Positions 35,251-42,520 of a DNA stretch of 42,520 nucleotides are shown in pieces (position 1 is the first letter of the stretch; each line of letters begins with the position of its first letter). The notes below the pieces were generated by a model, which saw only the letters and a list, made by a program, of their open reading frames with translations, had not been told where the DNA came from and searched no databases. The position numbers and the translations under genes are program-made. Source of the DNA: Toensbergia leucococca (Eukaryota); contig JALDZS010000196.1 of assembly GCA_022813965.1 (NCBI GenBank), positions 1 through 42,520 of the forward strand. The letters run 5' to 3'.

Positions 35251-38200
35251 ATGTCTGACAGAGGAGAAGTCGAAGAGGACAAGGAGAAACCAACGGAAAA
35301 GACTCCAGAAAAGACGGACCCACACCAAGACCTCACCACCTTCCTCTCCAACGAACAGTGTAAAGACTTCACTCTTTTGGTCACCACCATAACAGAACAC
35401 ATACGCCAGTCCATCCTAGCAAACTTTGACCCTGCCGCAACACTGAACAAAGATCTCATCGGAGACCCAAGCAAGAGCGAAGATGACACTCTCGGCAATC
35501 CCGACATTGATCTCAGCACCGTTGATGTGGGAGCTTACGAAGCAGAGAAGAAGATCCTCGCCGAGCGCCAAAAACAACTCGACGCCCCCAATGTCCAGAA
35601 ATTGAAAGACGACACCGTGAAAAATTACGATGAGTGGCGCAAATTGGTCCTGAATCGAGTTGGCGAAGCCGTTCACTTGCAACAAGAAGTTGAGAAGCAG
35701 ACTGGTGAATCAGAAAAGAACAACGAAGCACCTCCACCACCCTCGTCAGCACAACAGCAACACGGTTCTTTGGCAACGAGCAAAATTGAGCATACCGCTC
35801 CGAAACTGGAGGATGTGTTTCCTCGCGTTCGAACCTCACTGACGAAGCTTCCCATGGCGAAAAGAACTCTAGTGTTGCATTCCGTTTTGCTGCTACTTAT
35901 CAGTCTGGAAAATTACAGTGCACGATCGCGAGTCTTGTTGCTATTCTTAGCCTCAAGTCTGAAGCTCGGCTTAAAGGCTCTAAGGGTAGAAGAGGCGAAA
36001 GTAGCCAAAGGCCTCCTCGAGTCTGCTCAACAGATCAACGCGGATGAAGAGGCGCAGAACAAGGTCAAAAGTAGCGAAAAATCAAGGAAGTGGAAGATGG
36101 CTGCGGCGACTGCGGCTGGTGCTGCTGTGATAGGTATTTCAGGTGGCATGTCTGCCCCTTTGGTAGCATCCGGAGTTGGTGCCATTATGGGTGGGCTGGG
36201 ACTGGGTACAACTGCGGCTGCTGGCTGTAAGTTTTGTGGTCTGGATCTTGGTCGAATGAGTTCTGTAACTAAAATATTTTATCAGATCTCGGAAGCGTCG
36301 CAGGAAGTACTTATCTCGTTGGTGCTCTGTTTGGAGCGTACGGTGGTAGGATGACTGGGCAGATGATGGACAATCTTTCACGCGAAGTTGAAGATTTCGC
36401 ATTCTTACCTGTACATGGTCGACGAAAAGAATTTGCAAATGACAACGAAGCTGCAGCGGAAGAACGTCGACTTCGAATTACTATTGGCATTACTGGCTGG
36501 CTGACGGAAAAAGAAGAGATTGTCAAACCTTGGCGTGTACTCAACACGGATTCGGAAGTTTTTGCTTTGCGATGGGAGCTGGAGACGCTGATGAATCTCG
36601 GCAACTCTATGAATACTATGCTCAGTAGCGCTGCGTGGGGCTACGCACAGAGTCAAGTCATTCAGAAGACCATCTTCGCAGAACTCATGTCTTCTGTGAT
36701 GTGGCCTATGGGCTTGGCCAAAGTTGCGAGAGTTGTTGACAATCCTTTTACTCTGTCCAAGGCTAGGGCGGATAAAGCGGGAGAGGTTTTGGCCGATGCC
36801 CTGATCAATAGAGCTCAGGGCGAACGATCTGTCACATTGATAGGTTATTCGATGGGTGCAAGAGTCATCTATGCTTGCCTCATGAGCTTGGCAAGTAGGA
36901 AAGCTTTTGATCTAGTAGAATCTGCGATTCTAATTGGTTCTCCAACCCCATCTGATATTCCTAGTTGGCGGCTCTTGAGATCTGCATGCACAGGGAGACT
37001 CATCAACGTTTACTCCGAGAACGACCGCGTCCTCGCGTTTCTCTACCGAACGAGCTCAATTCAATTCGGCATCGCTGGCCTTTCGAAAATTGAGGGTCTT
37101 CCTGGTGTGGAAAATGTGGATGTTAGCGAGACCGTTACAGGACATTTGCGATACCGCTTTCTCATCGGTAAAATCCTTCAGAAAATTGGTCTTCAGGATG
37201 TCGACAAGGATGAAATAAAAAACGAGGAAGTGGCATATGAGAAAATGCTAGCCGAAGAGAAAGAGCAAGACTACATCCGCCAGGCTAAAGAGAAGAGTCA
37301 GGCATACTTGGGCAAGAAGGAAGTGAGCGACAAAGATGCGGAGAAGGAAGCCAACAACATGGAAAAGGAGATTGAGCAAAAGAATGAGAAGAGTATGATG
37401 CAATGGGCTAGTGAACAACTGTTTATTAGCAGAGCTCCACCAAGTCCAGATGAAGCGGCAGCAATAGGAGGGAAGGCGTTGAAATCGGGTGCCAATGCCG
37501 CAGATGGGGCGGCGGTGGCGGGTTTAAGCGGTGCAAAGACATACTATCAGTACGCCAGGGATAGTGTCTATTTGAACCGTTCTGGGAGCAAGAACGAAGA
37601 CTTGGCAAAAGAAGGCATTAGCGAGATTGGGCCAGGATACTTGACCCAAGTGGCACTCTACGCTGCACAGTACCTGCCTTCGTGGCATAGCCCGGCCGGA
37701 CAAGCGACAGGAGTAGCGAAAGGGGCCACTGATACTGTGACCAGCAAAGTCGATGCTGTCAAAGGTGAACCAACCGGCTACATTTCATCGGCAGCTTCAT
37801 ACCTTCCATCTCTTCCCCATTGGTCGAGCAGCAAGACACCTGGGAAACCCGCAGATGTGAGCGAGAAGGTCACAGATGCTGCAGGCCAAGCCTCTTCCGC
37901 TCAACAAGCGGTGACTGACAAGACTGGCGAAGCTGGAAAGACGGTCACCGATGCTGGCAGCACGACGGTGGAGAATGCAGCTTCCACTACCGGCTCTGCG
38001 GCAAAAGCTACAACTGACACGGTAGGGGCCGGCGCAGGCAAGGCATTGGATACGGCAGGTGCACCAGAAGTGATTGGCGAAAAGACCGAAGATGTCGTAG
38101 ATGCCGTCGGCGTGACACCGAAGAATGCAGCGGATATGGTCGGAGAGCATGGAGGTGAGGCTGTGGATAAAGCTGGAGACGCCACGGAAACAGGGCTGAA

Positions 38201-38417
38201 GACTGCAGGCCAAGCTCCAGAGAAAATCGGACAAGGGGCTGCAGCTGCTACGGATGCAGTGGGGAGTGTGGGGGAGGCCACTGGTGCTGATCAGGGGGTG
38301 GAGAAAGCGGGAGATATGGCGTCGAGTGCGAAAGATGGTGCTAGTGGGGCTACGGAGCAGGCTTCTGGTGCTGTGACGGGGGCTGCTGGGGCTGGAAAGA
38401 AGTTGTTTGGGTTTTAG
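35251..38417 (+). CDS. DUF726 / TMCO4 (Mil1-like) membrane protein with alpha/beta-hydrolase motif and long low-complexity tail
   Basis: Intron 36227-36285 (GTAAGT...ATCAG) joins the two ORFs as AAAGYLGSVAGSTYLVGALFGAYGGRMTG. Motifs YSARSRVLL, FALRWE, VTLIGYSMGARV (GxSxG), NVYSENDRVL and GHLRY. Start codon not certain. Confidence 0.9.
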
Positions 38418-39049
38418 GGTACTGGCCTGGTTTTTTGTTGGATTCTTCATGAAGTTTGGGTTCACTGATGGGAGTTTTTGTATGGAATCCAAGGCCTTTA
38501 ATTTCACGCTCTAATGCGCATCCTTTTTTTGCGTCATACCTTTCTTCTGTCCTTTTTTGCTGACTTTTTATATTCCTAGGTAAAGATGTTTTGTGACCAT
38601 TAGGTGTATCTATTCATTTGTTTTTATGTGTGCCACGTTGGTTTTTTACTTTTTTTATTCTTTCTATTTAGGTAATCTCGGAGACTGGCATTTCTAGATG
38701 TGGAGCCAAGTGTCACATAGGTAGGTAGGCTGTTTTTGTTTCTCTGTCTTCACGGAAATCCATTACTTTAGCATATTCATAATGCTGTGGATTCCTTGGC
38801 GCCAATTTTTTGTTTTTCCTCCGCTGAGTTGCACCTGAAAAGTTGAAATTCAGCTACCTAACTTCACCCCATTATCCTTTCATCATTAGTATTATTCTAT
38901 CATCATTAGTAAAGACTCAAATAGACAATCCACCATTAGCACCATGATATCTCGCTGCTAAGAAGACATCTCCAAAGAAAATCGTCCGTGCTTTTGACCT
39001 GTTTGGAACTTTCCGAGAGCCTCGAATACCATATCTAGAGATCTCCAGC

Positions 39050-40090
39050 TCAAGAAGAACCAAGCTCAAGAGCAGAATCTCCGGCATTCAGTTCCGTTCT
39101 CCTTTGCTCCACTGTTTCCATTTCACGCGCCGCCTTCACCGCATCCAACTCGTATCTCTCTGTGGCCTCCAGTTCTGATTTGCGCTGGAGAAAGGGTTGG
39201 GCATCTTGAAATAAGAGACTGTCTGGTGCTGTTCCTGTTTGTTCAGAGTTAAAATTCTTTTTTTCTGATTCATAATTCCGAACATGACCCCAAGAGCCAG
39301 TAGTGATATGACGCCAGCTGAAACACCGATGCAGATTCCTATCTTAGCCCCTGTGGAAAATCTTTGAGAGAGAGATGTATCGGGGGGTGCCGACGGTGTG
39401 GATATGGAGGTGTTCACAGTTGCTGGATTATTTGTGCTAGTCGGGATCGGACTTCCGTCCTCAAAAGTCGATCCAGCATATATTGAAGCGACGTCACGTT
39501 TTCTAATGAGATGAGTGAAGCAGAAGATTGACAAGGGTTCCCCCAAAGTATCCAGAAAAGACGATTCTGCGCTATTCTCAAACGAATGGGGGTTCACTGC
39601 AGACGAGCTGAGAAAAGAAATAGGCACTGCTGATGAAGCAGCAGTACTGGCAACGCAACCCCCATCCGAGAAGAAAGTAGAGACATCATCATATCCCGTG
39701 AATACAAGATAAACGATATTTGAGGTACTATCTCATAATTAGTTGGGGAAAGATGGAATAAGGCGTTGGAAGGAAAATGCACATGAAGCTTTCCTCTGCG
39801 ATTCCTGAAATAGCGCTGGTTCCGTTACTGATACAAGTCCTTGAGGTTTGATAAGTACTCGAGACTGTAACATAAGTCGTTGATACTCCAATGCTGCAGC
39901 CGGAACAACCATTAGTGGCCCAGCGGCCGAACCAAAGCTTGAGGAAGCCTGCGCGGTTAGGGAATGCTGCATGGAACCAATCCTTGATCAGAGATCACTT
40001 GCGGACTATACCCAATACAACTAGGCAACTAAATCTTACCTAGAAAGGCGCAGAAGCACAGCAGAAATAGAACTGATCGTACAAACACAT
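39050..40090 (-). CDS. Single-pass membrane protein (Mid2/Wsc-like topology) with two apparent 1-bp frameshifts; gene or recent pseudogene
   Basis: Signal-like exon (FVRSVLFLLCFCAFL), introns 40039-39983 and 39782-39728, S/T-rich stalk, STGAKIGICIGVSAGVISLLALGVMF TM helix, and tail QPFLQRKSELEATERYELDA...EM...EL in a shifted frame ending TGA at 39050. Confidence 0.6.
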
Positions 40091-40394
40091 TGCTAAGCAA
40101 TAGAAGGCTAGGTATTGCTAAACCGAGAGACGAAATAAGAAAGATGAACAAGACAAATCACCTTCAAGGCTTTCGCCTTCAGGCAGTGCTCTCACGTAAC
40201 TGCAAAGCTCTTACAAACTTAGCCGATTTAATGAAAAGAGGCGTTGATCAAAAATTCCCAATATGCATGATATATGAGCCAACGAAATCCTGAGCCTACC
40301 TATGGTACGAATACCTAGAGAAAGGGCTATGCACAGAAGAGCACAGTATGTTCGTCATAGGAGCTTCGTTCATTCATAATGCGAGTATGGGTAT

Positions 40395-41883
40395 TCACGA
40401 AGCAAAAACCCTGACGCTCAGATCCACGCTTCCAGTAGCAATCACACATCGGATACTCTCCTTTCCTCCGCCAGCTTCCTCCTTCTTCCCCACGTCTCCG
40501 CCATCTCCATTGACGACTGGCACACTTTTCATCACGCCTGGAACCCAGCGCACGCAGCTCACAAAGTGCCCGTGCGATTCGTCCAGTGTTTTCACGCACT
40601 TCCCCTCTTGTGCGAGATCCCAACACCGTATCGTCTTATCATCTCCCACGCTAATCAAGTACTTGCCTCCTGGATGAAAGACCAGTCCTCGTACCCAGTT
40701 GTCATGGCCCACAAATGTCTTGATCAGCGTCCCTCTTGAATCCCATATTTTGATGCTCTTATCCCTTGATCCTGTTGCCAAAAACTCCCCCGAACTACTT
40801 GCAGCCGGTGGCTTCTTCAGCCCAGCAAGGGTAGCCAGGTATCCGTATGTAGCCGCGGGTGCAAAAGTGCAGCATTCGATTACATGCTCGTGACCCAGAA
40901 AAGTGGCTTTCACCTCTCCTGAGCTGGCGTCCCATAAACGTCCAGTCTGATCATTTCCTACCGACAACAACCAGCGTCCATCGAAGCTCGGCGCAACATC
41001 ACGGACCCACTCGGAGTGGCCCCGCAAAGTTTTGACACAGTACCCGGTTGAGACGTCCCAAATACGTAAAGACTTATCACGAGAAGCAGAGACAAGGAGG
41101 TTACCTGATGCGGGAGAACCAGCTGCACCTGATGGCACAAAACGCACGGCAGAAACAGAATGATCATGACCGGGCAGGGTACGGATATTTTTGTACTCAT
41201 CTGAGGGGTCCCATAGCTTGATAGTAAGATCGGACGAACAAGACGCAAGCAGAGTACCGCCCCTAGGACCACCAAAATCGACGTCTAGCACAGCTTTTGT
41301 ATGTCCCTTTACGGTGCGCTCGAGCTCACCAAGTTCCCAATCCCAAATCTTGATAGTGGTATCTTCGGAACCAGAGGCAAGAGAAGAAAAGATGGGATGA
41401 AAGGCTACGCATGTGACAGGGCTACGATGAGATTGCAGGGTATGGCGGGGCGGCGAGCGTGGTAGCCAGGAAGTAGGATCAATGTTGCGACGGGAGAGAG
41501 ACGTAGGGGTTGCAGAGTCTAGTTCCTCTTGAAGACTGGAGACACGGGTTTCGAGATCCATAATCTAGATGAAGCTGCATATCAACACAGGAACGCAGCT
41601 CGTGCTGCTGATGGGACTACCTTTTTCTGTAACCTGACAACACTGGTCCACTTTTTCTCCAGCAAGCCCTCATATTTTTTGCTAGTAGCATCATCGAATG
41701 CATCTCCTATTCCTAGTTCCTCGCGAAGAGCTCTGGCACCCTTTTCATGGTCGGTGGATGATAGATAGGCAATGATTGACTTGTGCCTTCAAATGTAATC
41801 TGTCAGCTCCACTATGAATTGCCATAACGTTGAGTGCTTACTCACAGCTCCTCTGCTTGCCTTTGCGTAAGAAGCTGGCTCAT
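40395..41883 (-). CDS. nudF: LIS1 / NudF / Pac1 dynein regulator (LisH + coiled coil + WD40), 3 exons
   Basis: Exons 41883-41846, 41786-41621 and 41564-40395 give [21 protein letters not shown]...[20 protein letters not shown] followed by WD40 repeats. Confidence 0.97.
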
Positions 41884-42018
41884 GGCGAAAACGGTAGATG
41901 CATGAGTCTTTTCCACCCTTTTCCCTCCCTCTACGCCTCCTGTTCCTTTATATTCGTAATCTCAGATATGGAGTGAGCTCTTCCCGTGACTTCTTAGGTT
42001 TGTTATTGCCCGCCTTTG

Positions 42019-42207
42019 TCATAAGAACGACTTCGCGTTTGGCGCAATGGTCAAGCGTGGGCGTCCGTAGCCGCTGAGTAGTCCAGTACCTTGTGGAAGG
42101 TCTATCAGAGGAGCCTTTGACGTATTGTTGATGGATATTGATGAATTTGTGTTTCTTTGATGGTGTGAGTTCGCGTTCGCGAAAGGGTCTGGCGTCATTG
42201 TTGACAT
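42019..42207 (-). CDS. Small ORF (59-62 aa) upstream of nudF; possible uORF or microprotein gene
   Basis: ATGs at 42207 and 42198 (the latter in strong context ACAATG). Motif-like C-terminus LPQGTGLLSGYGRPRLTIAPNAKSFL. Stops 135 nt before the nudF ATG. Confidence 0.45.
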   Translation of the reverse strand: MSTMTPDPFANANSHHQRNTNSSISINNTSKAPLIDLPQGTGLLSGYGRPRLTIAPNAKSFL

Positions 42208-42419
42208 CAAGTGAACAGCGTCAAAACAGTCAATGCAATTGCCTACGACTGCCAGTGCTTGAGTTTGCTAAGTTTTCAAAGATACAAGCGCTATGAGTAT
42301 TCTGCTCAAAAGATTCCACCCGTCACATTTCTCTGCTTTCGGCATAGAGTGTTTGTCAAACATCCAGCAGCACTAGGACGTCTCATTCTCTCTAGGTTTG
42401 AAGTTCTCTCGTCGACCAG

Positions 42420-42520
42420 ATGGCAGATCAGGAGGAAGACTTCTCGTCTCTGCCATTCTCCGATCGCTTTGTGAACAAGGTAAGTTGCATGTATCATCTT
42501 TGTATGACTGTGGCTGACCT
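42420..42520 (+). CDS. STU2: First exon (42420-42479) of XMAP215/Dis1/Stu2-family microtubule polymerase (alpA); continues beyond the window
   Basis: Translates MADQEEDFSSLPFSDRFVNK then donor GTAAGT. Resembles the N-terminus of fungal Stu2/Alp14 TOG1 (EEDFSSLPLxDRFxHK). Only 20 codons are visible. Confidence 0.75.
   Translation, partial: MADQEEDFSSLPFSDRFVNKVSCMYHLCMTVAD

Noticed and set aside
39255..39267. Programmed -1 ribosomal frameshift at the A7 run
   Set aside because: The run is not phased as a canonical X XXY YYZ heptamer, no clear downstream structure was seen, and an indel is simpler.
1..42520. tRNA, rRNA, autonomous transposase, retroelement or RIP-type AT-rich block
   Set aside because: None recognised by eye; tRNAscan-SE, Infernal and RepeatMasker would be needed to exclude them.

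Overview
Eukaryotic, intron-containing DNA from a filamentous ascomycete (Pezizomycotina; a lichen-forming lineage is plausible but is inference only). Conserved genes: a secreted amidase, TFIP11/Ntr1 (G-patch splicing factor), a 1060-aa disordered protein, NCS6/CTU1, a four-finger C2H2 transcription factor, a DUF726/TMCO4-like hydrolase, LIS1/nudF and the first exon of XMAP215/Stu2. Accessory genes: a Cys-rich secreted protein, an orphan ORF, a His-repeat zinc-finger protein and a single-pass membrane protein. The most notable region is 4.8-12.2 kb. It holds a head-to-head pair of an intact AAA+ ATPase and a truncated NACHT/STAND-like protein with no Walker A, and a related MITE (own TIRs, own 8-bp TSD) sits beyond each gene's 3' end. 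Other signals: two GC-AG introns (one after a 9-nt micro-exon inside Walker A, one in-frame inside a zinc finger), stacked small ORFs upstream of nudF, repeated C/A-to-G/T strand-skew switches, and three single-base homopolymer frameshifts that may be assembly errors. Exon models and family assignments were made by eye; no searches were run.
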